Origin: Candidatus Woesearchaeota archaeon
GTDB taxonomy: Archaea > Nanobdellota > Nanobdellia > Woesearchaeales > ARS49
Assembly (NCBI GenBank): GCA_019322895.1
Contig: JAHWHZ010000003.1
Coordinates: 1 to 24,000 of the forward strand
DNA length: 24,000 nt
Direction: 5' to 3'
A program made the translations under genes and the position numbers. The notes under the pieces were generated by a model, which saw only the letters and a program-made list of their open reading frames with translations, was not told where the DNA came from and made no database searches. Positions 1-6,515 of the stretch are shown here, piece after piece; the first letter of the stretch is position 1; each line of letters starts with the position of its first letter.

Positions 1-1
1 C

Positions 2-895
2 TTTATATGCTTCTGGAGATTCCTGCAATTAGACAAAAAAATTGAGTTCTTATGCAGTAAGGAAAGAAAGAAAAAAAGAGCTTTAAGCATCAAGAAAGAA
101 TATCACAGAACCACTGAAGAAGAAATTAAGAAAGTATTACAGCACTGTCAGAATTCCAGAGATGAAGCTTTAGTCATGCTCTTTTATGAAACTGGAGCAA
201 GAATAAGAGACTTATCAGGTTTGAAAATCAAAAACTTTGACTTCAGTAATGAAGGCGAGTTAAGAATCACAATACCGACCAGCAAAACTGAAAAAGGAGA
301 AAGAATAGTTCTGGCAATTCTTAGCGTTCCTTACGTGGCTAAATGGTTCAGCCAGCACCCAAACAGAACAGACAGAAACGACTTTGCATTTTTAGGCCTA
401 GGACAATCAAACCGGGGCAAACCATTAACTCACTCAGGAATCCAGACCATGCTTCGCAGGACATGGAGCAGGGCTAAAGTCCCATGGAGCCCGCCTCACG
501 GGCAAAGACACAACCGAGTCAGCATAGCATGCAAGCACATGACAGACAGGCAATTATGCCAATACTTTGGCTGGAGCGAAAAGAGCAACATGCCAGCCGT
601 GTACTCTAATCTTTATGGTAATGAAGCAGATGCAGGAGTGTACTCAATGCACGGTATAGAAAAAGACGAACACATACAAACCACCAGCCTAGTAAGCAAA
701 TTATGCCCTAGATGCGACACAACAAACGAAACCAGCCTAGAGTATTGCAAAAAGTGCGGGTGCGTTCTAGACCTGAAAAAAGCTATACAAATTCAGGAAG
801 AAAAAGAAAAATTGCAAGAGCAAAAAGTCATTAACCAAATAAACAAGCACTTGGCGAAAATTATTACTCCAGCAATTTTAAAGAAAAAAACCTAA
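2..895 (+). CDS. Tyrosine recombinase / integrase, 5'-partial (runs off the left edge), with C-terminal zinc ribbon
   Basis: Track ORF 176..895 is only the ATG-limited part; the same frame is open back to nt 2 (..TEEEIKKVLQHCQNSRDEALVMLFYETGARIRDL). It shows phage-integrase/Xer catalytic hallmarks: ETGARIRD (Arg box), HGQRHNRVS (H-x-x-R-H box) and GWSEKSNMPAVYSNLY (Tyr nucleophile region). A CPRC-x10-CKKC zinc ribbon and a Lys/Glu-rich tail follow. Confidence 0.8.
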   Translation, partial: FICFWRFLQLDKKIEFLCSKERKKKRALSIKKEYHRTTEEEIKKVLQHCQNSRDEALVMLFYETGARIRDLSGLKIKNFDFSNEGELRITIPTSKTEKGERIVLAILSVPYVAKWFSQHPNRTDRNDFAFLGLGQSNRGKPLTHSGIQTMLRRTWSRAKVPWSPPHGQRHNRVSIACKHMTDRQLCQYFGWSEKSNMPAVYSNLYGNEADAGVYSMHGIEKDEHIQTTSLVSKLCPRCDTTNETSLEYCKKCGCVLDLKKAIQIQEEKEKLQEQKVINQINKHLAKIITPAILKKKT

Positions 896-1377
896 ACTTT
901 TTTTTCTCCTTTTGTTTCTCTCCATAGCTTGATGGCTTGTTTCTCCTGACCACTCAAATCCGCTAAATGATTTATCATGTTATACAGATAAGGTCTGCTC
1001 TTTCCTAATCTGTTAGCGGCTAACTCAGGAGTGTACCCGCTTTTTGTTATGTATTCTTTGATTTTTGGTGCAATCTCTTCTTCTGCACAGCTGGTAGAGT
1101 TAAGACTAGCAATTAATTGGTATTCTAGTCTTTGCACATCGCTAAGATTCTCTTCGTAAATAATTGGGACTTTTTTTAATCCAATTATTTTTGATGCACG
1201 CCAACGTCTTTCACCGTCAATAATTGTGTTGTCCTTTTGTATAAGAATAGGAACAATCATCCCAACTTCTTTGATGGAGTTTGCCAATTCTTGCAATTCT
1301 TCTTTACCAAAACCTGTTTTTTTTCTTGGCTGGTTTTTATCAGGTTTTACTTTATTTATAGAAATAAATTCTTTCAT
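892..1377 (-). CDS. ParB/Srx-fold (ParB N-terminal domain) protein
   Basis: ISINKVKPDKNQPRK..ELQELANSIKEVGMIVPILIQKDNTIIDGERRWRASKIIGLKKVPII matches the classic ParB N-terminal boxes (P-x-x-QPR, L-x-x-SI, GERRWRA). Its stop overlaps the integrase stop (convergent genes). Confidence 0.8.
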   Translation of the reverse strand: MKEFISINKVKPDKNQPRKKTGFGKEELQELANSIKEVGMIVPILIQKDNTIIDGERRWRASKIIGLKKVPIIYEENLSDVQRLEYQLIASLNSTSCAEEEIAPKIKEYITKSGYTPELAANRLGKSRPYLYNMINHLADLSGQEKQAIKLWRETKGEKKV

Positions 1378-1389
1378 ATTTTTCCCTCC

Positions 1390-1674
1390 TTATCTTTTTT
1401 CATTGTTGAGTATGCCTGCGAGTTTTCCTTTTTTGACGAGAATTTTTTTGTCGTGCTTGAAACAATATTCTTCTAAGATTTTTATTGAGCAAGCTGGAGA
1501 ATTTTGTTGTGGCTCTAAAGGGGGGTGGTCACAAGAACCAGCTTGCTCTTGATTATGAAGTTCCTGCAGGGCATGGCATTGCGACCCTGCAGGTTTTCCA
1601 TTCGAGGTGAAATCGCATGGATTTTTAGCTAAGAAAGACTCAGCAGTGTTATGTAGTATTTGATTCTCTTGCAT
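1390..1674 (-). CDS. Hypothetical small Cys-containing protein (start moved to the internal Met MQENQIL)
   Basis: Track ORF 1390..1719. The first 15 codons overlap the better-supported AbrB-like ORF, so the internal ATG at 1674 is preferred. I recognise no family. The region is locally GC-richer and carries a 9-bp inverted repeat. Confidence 0.35.
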   Translation of the reverse strand: MQENQILHNTAESFLAKNPCDFTSNGKPAGSQCHALQELHNQEQAGSCDHPPLEPQQNSPACSIKILEEYCFKHDKKILVKKGKLAGILNNEKR

Positions 1675-1828
1675 TAGTATCACCAACTTTTTTTTCTTTA
1701 ACGATAAATTCGTACTCACTGAGTTCTAGAATTTTGTTTTCAACGTATGCTTTAGGTACGGTTATGACGAAAGAATCATTGTTTTTGCGTATTTTTGCTA
1801 CGAATGTGATTTGTTGCTCTATTGACAT
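1649..1828 (-). CDS. AbrB/SpoVT (MazE-like swapped-hairpin) family small DNA-binding protein, 59 aa; not on the ORF track (below its size cutoff)
   Basis: Hand translation of the minus strand from the ATG at 1828 gives MSIEQQITFVAKIRKNNDSFVITVPKAYVENKILELSEYEFIVKEKKVGDTNARESNTT*. The pattern (v)akirk-x-n-s-x-vitvPK-x-x-ve is typical of AbrB/SpoVT domains. It is the first gene of the minus-strand operon ending in ParB. Confidence 0.55.
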   Translation of the reverse strand: MSIEQQITFVAKIRKNNDSFVITVPKAYVENKILELSEYEFIVKEKKVGDTNARESNTT

Positions 1829-1860
1829 TTTTTTGTTACACCTTTCTTTTTTGCGAAAAC

Positions 1861-1868
1861 TTTATATA
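1861..1868 (+). promoter_or_regulatory. Archaeal TATA box (gaaaacTTTATATA) for the eS17-Alba unit
   Basis: TTTATATA preceded by an A-rich BRE-like stretch. The eS17 ATG at 1892 lies 24 nt after the box, consistent with a leaderless transcript. Boxes with similar spacing occur at 6485, 8439 and 9828. Confidence 0.5.
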
Positions 1869-1891
1869 TGCACGATGATTTTCCCTTTGTT

Positions 1892-2086
1892 ATGGGGAGA
1901 ATCAAGACCAAACTAATCAAGAGACTTACGTTTCAGCTAATGAAAGAGCATGGCAGTGAGTTCAAGGAAGATTTTAATGAAAACAAGCAATTAGTAGAGC
2001 AATTTCTATCAGGGCCAAGCAAGAAGATAAGAAATTGCATTGCAGGATATGTTACACGATTATTGAAACGAAAAGAAGAATACTAA
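1892..2086 (+). CDS. rps17e: Ribosomal protein eS17 (S17e)
   Basis: MGRIKTKLIKRLTFQLMKEHGSEFKEDFNENKQLV...SKKIRNCIAGYVTRLLKRK matches the eS17 N-terminus and the SKK(I/L)RN-x-IAGYVT motif. The track start at 1868 adds 8 residues that are unlikely to be real. Confidence 0.85.
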   Translation: MGRIKTKLIKRLTFQLMKEHGSEFKEDFNENKQLVEQFLSGPSKKIRNCIAGYVTRLLKRKEEY

Positions 2087-2106
2087 AAACAACGGGGGGA
2101 TGAGAA

Positions 2107-2388
2107 ATGGCAGATGATAACTCAATTTTTATTGGAGCAAAGCCATTTATGAACTATGTGACTGGGGTTGTGATGCAGTTCACGACAAAAGGAGCAGAGT
2201 CTGTGATTGTGAAGGCAAGAGGAAAATTTATTTCTCGGGCAGTGGACGTGGCAGAAGTAGCTTCAAAAAGATTTTTAGAAGGATCTGTTGGAGTGAAAGA
2301 CATAAGAATCGACTCAGAAGAGTTTGAAAACAAGGAAGGAAGACAGGTAAGAGTAAGCACTGTTGAAATCACTTTAGGAAAGAAATAA
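2107..2388 (+). CDS. albA: Alba (Sac10b family) chromatin/RNA-binding protein
   Basis: IFIGAKPFMNYVTGVVMQF..AESVIVKARGKFISRAVDVAEVASKRFL...GRQVRVSTVEITLGKK is collinear with Sso10b/Alba. A GGGGGGAT Shine-Dalgarno sits 7-13 nt upstream of the ATG. Confidence 0.9.
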   Translation: MADDNSIFIGAKPFMNYVTGVVMQFTTKGAESVIVKARGKFISRAVDVAEVASKRFLEGSVGVKDIRIDSEEFENKEGRQVRVSTVEITLGKK

Positions 2389-2426
2389 ATTTAATTTTTT
2401 CTTTTTTTAAAATAATAATAAAAAAA
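2389..2426. terminator. AT-rich convergent intergenic region with oligo-T tracts on both strands
   Basis: ttttttcttttttt on the + strand follows albA, and tttttttattattatttt on the - strand follows array gene P1. Oligo-T runs are the usual archaeal termination signal. Confidence 0.45.
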
Positions 2427-2930
2427 TTAATAAGATCTTATTGCGCTTGGTTCTTTGCAGCAGTATGCAAAGTTAGCTATCTGTTCTGGTGCTTTTACGC
2501 AGTTTTCAAGGCCTAAATCCCTTGCATGCTGTACAGATGCTCCTCTAGTGTATCCTGCTGGAATCGCGCCGATATTTGCCTGCCCGGTGCATGATGTCAA
2601 TACCTGGTGTATCTTTTTTTCTGGATCTCTTCCATATATGAATCCCTTGCTTACACCGATCTCTGCACCTTCATCTTGCCATCCGCCGAAGGTTCTGCTT
2701 GCTCCGCCGTATGGAGGGATTTGCGCTTCTGTTTTTACGCCGTATGATGCCGGGTTTTCAGTAACTTTGTTAATCTGTCTTGTGTATGGAAAAGGGCTTT
2801 TTGGATATACATAAATGCCTCCTCCTACAGTTGCTCCTGTTTTTGCTGTGGAAAACAGCATCACCAAAGCTACAATAGCCAGTATTATAACTACGCCTAA
2901 AACGCATAGTGTTATGTGTTTTTGTTCCAT
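2427..2930 (-). CDS. P1: small signal-anchored four-Cys protein, subtype B (array paralog, last in the operon)
   Basis: N-terminus MEQKHITLCVLGVVIILAIVALVMLFSTAKTGA; SPFPY motif; C-terminus SCTGQANIGAIPAGY...NCVKAPEQIANFAYCCKEP. GAGAGGT SD upstream. Confidence 0.8.
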   Translation of the reverse strand: MEQKHITLCVLGVVIILAIVALVMLFSTAKTGATVGGGIYVYPKSPFPYTRQINKVTENPASYGVKTEAQIPPYGGASRTFGGWQDEGAEIGVSKGFIYGRDPEKKIHQVLTSCTGQANIGAIPAGYTRGASVQHARDLGLENCVKAPEQIANFAYCCKEPSAIRSY

Positions 2931-2952
2931 TTTTTATCTAAACCTCTCTTGC

Positions 2953-3273
2953 TTATTTTGCATATCGTGAGCGCGGCGTTGTCCATTCTGAATAATCATT
3001 GAATGGAGGATATGGCGGGTAACCAAAATAGTCGCTTAATGGCACATCTTGCAATGTTCTTGATGCTCTTGGCTGTATGCCATAATATGCCGGTTGTTCT
3101 AGTGTGAATTCATACATTACTGGCGGATTATCATATACAAATACCGGATTTTCATAGAAATAAGCTACTTGCGCGCCAGTGAGCGCGTTTTTGAAAATCA
3201 AAACAAGTATGATGATTGCCAATACAGCTACGATTCCTAGAATGACGAGTGTTATGCTTTTTTTTTCTTCCAT
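2953..3273 (-). CDS. P2: array paralog lacking the Cys module (looks like a truncated subtype A)
   Basis: The preferred start is the internal MEEKKSITLVILGIVAVLAIIILVLIFKNALTGAQ; the track start at 3309 would overlap P3. No Cys residues. The C-terminus DYSEWTTPRSRYAK resembles the pre-Cys region DDYWSRKRAPE of P4. The ATG lies 1 nt after the P3 stop. Confidence 0.65.
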   Translation of the reverse strand: MEEKKSITLVILGIVAVLAIIILVLIFKNALTGAQVAYFYENPVFVYDNPPVMYEFTLEQPAYYGIQPRASRTLQDVPLSDYFGYPPYPPFNDYSEWTTPRSRYAK

Positions 3274-3274
3274 T

Positions 3275-3733
3275 TTAATAACCTTTTGTTGGCCTGCAGC
3301 AATATTCAAATTCTGCTCTTTCTAATTCTTTTGGCTTTTCAACGCAGTTTTCTGGAAAATACCTGTCTTCCATCTCCATATATGTTGCAGGTTCGCTGAA
3401 TCCTTCAGGAACATTTCCCAAAGGAATCTGTCCTGCGCAGCTTAAAAGCGCAGTATATGTCCTTCCAGGGTATCTTCTGCGAAACATGCCGTATTTGGTC
3501 TCTTCATATGCCTTGTCTGTTTTTGCTACTTTTGCTCCTTGAAAAGGCAGTACAGAGACTCCGCCTTTTACTGTCCTTTTCTCAGCATATGGATACCAAT
3601 TCAGCATCTCTTGCCCTGAATATGGCTTGTAACCATATTCTCCTGTAAAGCTTGTCTTGAAAAACAATACGAGCCCTATTGCCGCGAGTATTGCGACTAT
3701 TATTAAGACTAATAGGGCTGCTTTATTTTCCAT
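3275..3733 (-). CDS. P3: small signal-anchored four-Cys protein, subtype B
   Basis: MENKAALLVLIIVAILAAIGLVLFFKTSFTGE; NWYPY; SCAGQIPLGNVPEGF...NCVEKPKELERAEFEYCCRP. Confidence 0.8.
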   Translation of the reverse strand: MENKAALLVLIIVAILAAIGLVLFFKTSFTGEYGYKPYSGQEMLNWYPYAEKRTVKGGVSVLPFQGAKVAKTDKAYEETKYGMFRRRYPGRTYTALLSCAGQIPLGNVPEGFSEPATYMEMEDRYFPENCVEKPKELERAEFEYCCRPTKGY

Positions 3734-3737
3734 TCTT

Positions 3738-4154
3738 TTATGGGCTTGTTGGAGGCTTGCAGCAATTTCCGCGCAGTGAGTTTTCTACAACTATGCACTG
3801 CTCAGGTCCCCTGTTCCTGCTTTGCTGTATGTTTGCATCCCAGGTGAATCCTGCTGGCACAAGTCCAAGCCTTACTAACGCGTCACATCTTCCTTTTTGT
3901 GACCTGTACGTCAGTTCAGGGGCTCTTTTTCTGCTCCAGTAGTCATCTTCCCGGTAGTATGGGAATGGGGTTCCTTGCACATTGCCTCTTGCCACTGCTC
4001 CTGGATATTCCATTACTATTCCAGGATATGGCTGGTTAGCTCTTGCTGCTATTGTTGCTCCTGTACTTGCTGTCTTGAACAGCAGTACCAAGCCGATTAT
4101 TGCAAGCACTACAACTATGCCTAATGCAACTAGTGCGGTATGTTTGTCTTCCAT
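3738..4154 (-). CDS. P4: small signal-anchored four-Cys protein, subtype A
   Basis: MEDKHTALVALGIVVVLAIIGLVLLFKTASTGA; GTPFPYY; KGRCDALVRLGLVPAGFTWDANIQQ...QCIVVENSLRGNCCKPP. AGAGGA SD upstream. Confidence 0.8.
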   Translation of the reverse strand: MEDKHTALVALGIVVVLAIIGLVLLFKTASTGATIAARANQPYPGIVMEYPGAVARGNVQGTPFPYYREDDYWSRKRAPELTYRSQKGRCDALVRLGLVPAGFTWDANIQQSRNRGPEQCIVVENSLRGNCCKPPTSP

Positions 4155-4166
4155 TTTAGTTCCTCT

Positions 4167-4517
4167 TTAAGATAATGGCTGTGCTGCCAATGGTTTGTTT
4201 GGCAGGCAGCAGTATTCGATAGGTGCTATGTTTGCAGGTGCTTTAACACAGTAGCTTGCTCCGCGTGCTTTCATTGCATCTGTGGAGTATAGCCCCATTG
4301 TGAAGTCTTTTGGAACATTTCCAAGCCTGCCTTGTGTCTGGCAGTCATATACTTCTGCTGCAATAGGCTTCTGTATAGCTCCTCCTTGATACGGGGCCAC
4401 TATCCTTCCACCAGTTGCTTCTCCTGTCTGTCCTGCTTTGAAAAATAGCACAAGTCCGACAATTGCGATTATTGCAATAACGGTCAATATTACCAGTGCT
4501 GCATTTTTTTCATTCAT
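4167..4517 (-). CDS. P5: small signal-anchored four-Cys protein, subtype B
   Basis: MNEKNAALVILTVIAIIAIVGLVLFFKAGQTGE; DCQTQGRLGNVPKDF...YCVKAPANIAPIEYCCLP. AGGAGGA SD upstream. Confidence 0.8.
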   Translation of the reverse strand: MNEKNAALVILTVIAIIAIVGLVLFFKAGQTGEATGGRIVAPYQGGAIQKPIAAEVYDCQTQGRLGNVPKDFTMGLYSTDAMKARGASYCVKAPANIAPIEYCCLPNKPLAAQPLS

Positions 4518-4535
4518 TTTTATTCAATCCTCCTT

Positions 4536-4952
4536 TTATGATAATGTACAACAATATCCGTCTTGAGAGTCAGTGACTCTTATGCAGTCTCTTCCCATGC
4601 TCATATAATCCACGCTTTCTTGGTAGTTTGCATCCATAATATATCCTGCAGGGACTTTTGCTATCTCTGATGTTGCAAGTATTGCGCATCTTCCCATTTT
4701 AGCTCCATATGTGTGTTCAGGTGCTTTTCTCCAGTCCCAGTCTATCTGGCCTGTGCTTCTTTTCTGTGTGCCTGTGGTGTGCAGTGCATCTTCATAGTAT
4801 GGGAATGGATTTCCTTGTGTATTTGCATATGTCTTTGAGCCGGCATAAACAACATCTCCTGTTTTTGCTGCAGAAAATAGCATTACCATGCCGACAATGG
4901 CTATTACTACAATTACGCTTAGAATAACCAGTGCTGTATGTTTGTCTTCCAT
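4536..4952 (-). CDS. P6: small signal-anchored four-Cys protein, subtype A
   Basis: MEDKHTALVILSVIVVIAIVGMVMLFSAAKTGD; GNPFPYYEDALHT; QIDWDWRK; GRCAILATSEIAKVPAGYIMDANYQ...DCIRVTDSQDGYCC. Confidence 0.8.
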   Translation of the reverse strand: MEDKHTALVILSVIVVIAIVGMVMLFSAAKTGDVVYAGSKTYANTQGNPFPYYEDALHTTGTQKRSTGQIDWDWRKAPEHTYGAKMGRCAILATSEIAKVPAGYIMDANYQESVDYMSMGRDCIRVTDSQDGYCCTLS

Positions 4953-4982
4953 TTTTTCTTTACCTCTTTTGTTTTAAAACAA

Positions 4983-5393
4983 TTAAGGGCTTTCAGGCGG
5001 CACGCAGCAGAATCCTTTTAATGATTCTTCTACTTGAAGGCAGTCTTTGCCTCTGCTCTGCTGGTAATTCGCATCCCAGGTATATGCTTGCGGGACTATG
5101 CCCATTTCATATGTTGCAAGGATGCTGCATCTTCCTTTCAGAGCGCCGTACGTGCGGTCAGGCCTTCTTCTCCAGTCCCAGTCTATCTGCCCAAAATCTC
5201 TTTTTTGCACTCCTAATGTGTGCAAGGCATCCCTGTAATATGGGAAAGGATTGTCTTTATATTCTTGAGGATAAGATTGTTTTGCCACGAATCCTGCACC
5301 GGTCTTTGCAGAGTTGAACAACAGCAAAAGGCCGATTATTGCAAGTATTGCGATTACCGCCAGAATAACTAAGGTTGTTTCTTTTTCTTTCAC
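4983..5393 (-). CDS. P7: small signal-anchored four-Cys protein, subtype A (GTG start)
   Basis: (M)KEKETTLVILAVIAILAIIGLLLLFNSAKTGA; DNPFPYYRDALHT; QIDWDWRR; GRCSILATYEMGIVPQAYTWDANYQ...DCLQVEESLKGFCCVPP. Shares a 22-nt identical stretch with P6. Confidence 0.8.
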   Translation of the reverse strand: MKEKETTLVILAVIAILAIIGLLLLFNSAKTGAGFVAKQSYPQEYKDNPFPYYRDALHTLGVQKRDFGQIDWDWRRRPDRTYGALKGRCSILATYEMGIVPQAYTWDANYQQSRGKDCLQVEESLKGFCCVPPESP

Positions 5394-5408
5394 TTTTTAA
5401 CCTCTTTA

Positions 5409-5828
5409 TTAATATCTGTTTGGCAATGGTTTTGGCGGTACGCAGCAGTATTCAACAGGTGCTATGCTTGCAGGTGCTTTTGAGCAGTACATCTTTCCGC
5501 GTTTCATCATTTCTGCTTCAGACGTCACTTCAAAAGTCTGGTCCACTCTTACTTGTCCGCGTCCAGCAATCCTGTCGCATGCAAATGTGTCTGCGTATTT
5601 CATGCCTGTTCCTTCACTGCCTCCGCTGCTGAAATATTCCTGGTATGTTGGCGTTTCGAAAGGAACCGCGATGTTCTGTCCAGGTGATGGTGTCTGTAGC
5701 ACTCCTCCTGGATATATAGACCGTACCACTTCGCCAGACATTGCAGTCTTGAACAGCAGCACCAGTCCTACAACTGCTATCACTGCAACTATGCCTAGAA
5801 TAATTAAATTAAGTCCTTTTGTTTCCAT
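5409..5828 (-). CDS. P8: small signal-anchored four-Cys protein, subtype B
   Basis: The preferred ATG gives METKGLNLIILGIVAVIAVVGLVLLFKTAMSGE, with an AAGAGGT SD 8 nt upstream. The track uses a TTG at 5837. C-terminus ACDRIAGRGQVRV...YCSKAPASIAPVEYCCVPP. Confidence 0.8.
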   Translation of the reverse strand: METKGLNLIILGIVAVIAVVGLVLLFKTAMSGEVVRSIYPGGVLQTPSPGQNIAVPFETPTYQEYFSSGGSEGTGMKYADTFACDRIAGRGQVRVDQTFEVTSEAEMMKRGKMYCSKAPASIAPVEYCCVPPKPLPNRY

Positions 5829-5843
5829 CTTATACAACCTCTT

Positions 5844-6362
5844 TTAACTATATTCTGTTGAGCTTGGCGGCGTGCAGCAGAAAGGTATTCCTGTTCCTTC
5901 TGGTGCTTTTACACATTTCTTGTTGTATAGTCGTCCTTCTTTTGCATCTGTGTATGTTGCGCCCCAGGTGTGTGTTATTGGAACCACGCCAAGTCTTGCA
6001 AGTGCATTGCAGATTCCTTTTTGAGAGACATACGCGAGTTCAGGTTCTCTTCTCCTGTTCCAGTCCCTGTATACAAGGCCTTCTCCTGTGCCGTATACTT
6101 GTGTTCCTTCATCTACTGTAACTCCTGGGTCTTCTACTCCTAAATATCCGTCTGTAAAGTCTGGCTTTTCAGTTACTCCGCCCTTGTATGTTCCCTGCGC
6201 ATATGGCCAAGGATTCTCCTGTACATTTGAGTATGTGTACGAAGGTGGGAAAACACGTACAACGTCTCCTGTCATAACACTCTTGAACAGCAGCACTAAT
6301 CCGACAACTGCGATTACAGCTACTATTCCTAGAATAATCATACTTAACTCTTTTTTTTCCAT
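5844..6362 (-). CDS. P9: small signal-anchored four-Cys protein, subtype A (first gene of the array)
   Basis: MEKKELSMIILGIVAVIAVVGLVLLFKSVMTGD; ENPWPY; KGICNALARLGVVPITHTWGATY...KCVKAPEGTGIPFCCTPP. GAGGTGA SD (complement of 6370-6376). Confidence 0.8.
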   Translation of the reverse strand: MEKKELSMIILGIVAVIAVVGLVLLFKSVMTGDVVRVFPPSYTYSNVQENPWPYAQGTYKGGVTEKPDFTDGYLGVEDPGVTVDEGTQVYGTGEGLVYRDWNRRREPELAYVSQKGICNALARLGVVPITHTWGATYTDAKEGRLYNKKCVKAPEGTGIPFCCTPPSSTEYS

Positions 6363-6424
6363 TTCGGTTTCACCTCTAACTCTTTTAGAGTTTTACCTCG
6401 TTTTTTATTAAATTCTGCTTTTCT

Positions 6425-6434
6425 TATATATAAA
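6425..6434 (-). promoter_or_regulatory. TATA box (minus strand, gaaaagTTTATATATA) driving the nine-gene array
   Basis: The reverse complement of 6423-6441 reads cgaaaagtttatatataag, the same BRE/TATA consensus as the other promoters in the window. It lies about 65 nt upstream of the P9 ATG, implying a 5' UTR that contains the SD. Confidence 0.45.
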
Positions 6435-6484
6435 CTTTTCGAGTTTTTATAGGTAAATTCGCCACTGGACAAACCCGCAAAAGA

Positions 6485-6492
6485 TATTTAAA
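6485..6492 (+). promoter_or_regulatory. TATA box for the LAGLIDADG gene
   Basis: aagaTATTTAAAag; the ATG at 6516 is 24 nt downstream (leaderless spacing). Confidence 0.45.
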
Positions 6493-6515
6493 AGATAATA
6501 TGTTGTTTAATATGA

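Noticed and set aside
1226-1916. Plus-strand ORFs 1226..1552, 1237..1476 and 1734..1916
   Set aside because: They are antisense to the ParB-like, Cys-protein and AbrB-like genes, and their products are Phe/Leu/Ser-rich junk. ORF 1734..1916 also runs through the eS17 promoter.
2427-6362. Array proteins as archaeal type IV pilins / class III signal peptide substrates
   Set aside because: Pilin-type signals need [KRDE]-[GA] immediately before the hydrophobic stretch. Only P3 (NKA-ALLV) fits; the other eight have KH-T, KN-A, ET-T, KE-L and similar. A plain signal anchor or long Sec signal is the more economical reading.
2455-6411. Eleven plus-strand track ORFs overlapping the array (2455..2814, 3457..3648, 3679..3942, 3982..4170, 4709..4927, 4931..5317, 5034..5216, 5375..5632, 5464..5847, 5819..6121, 6088..6411)
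   Set aside because: All are antisense to the well-supported minus-strand paralogs. They have Leu/Cys/Ser/Phe-rich nonsense-like composition, no SD or promoter and no paralogy among themselves, so they are shadow ORFs.
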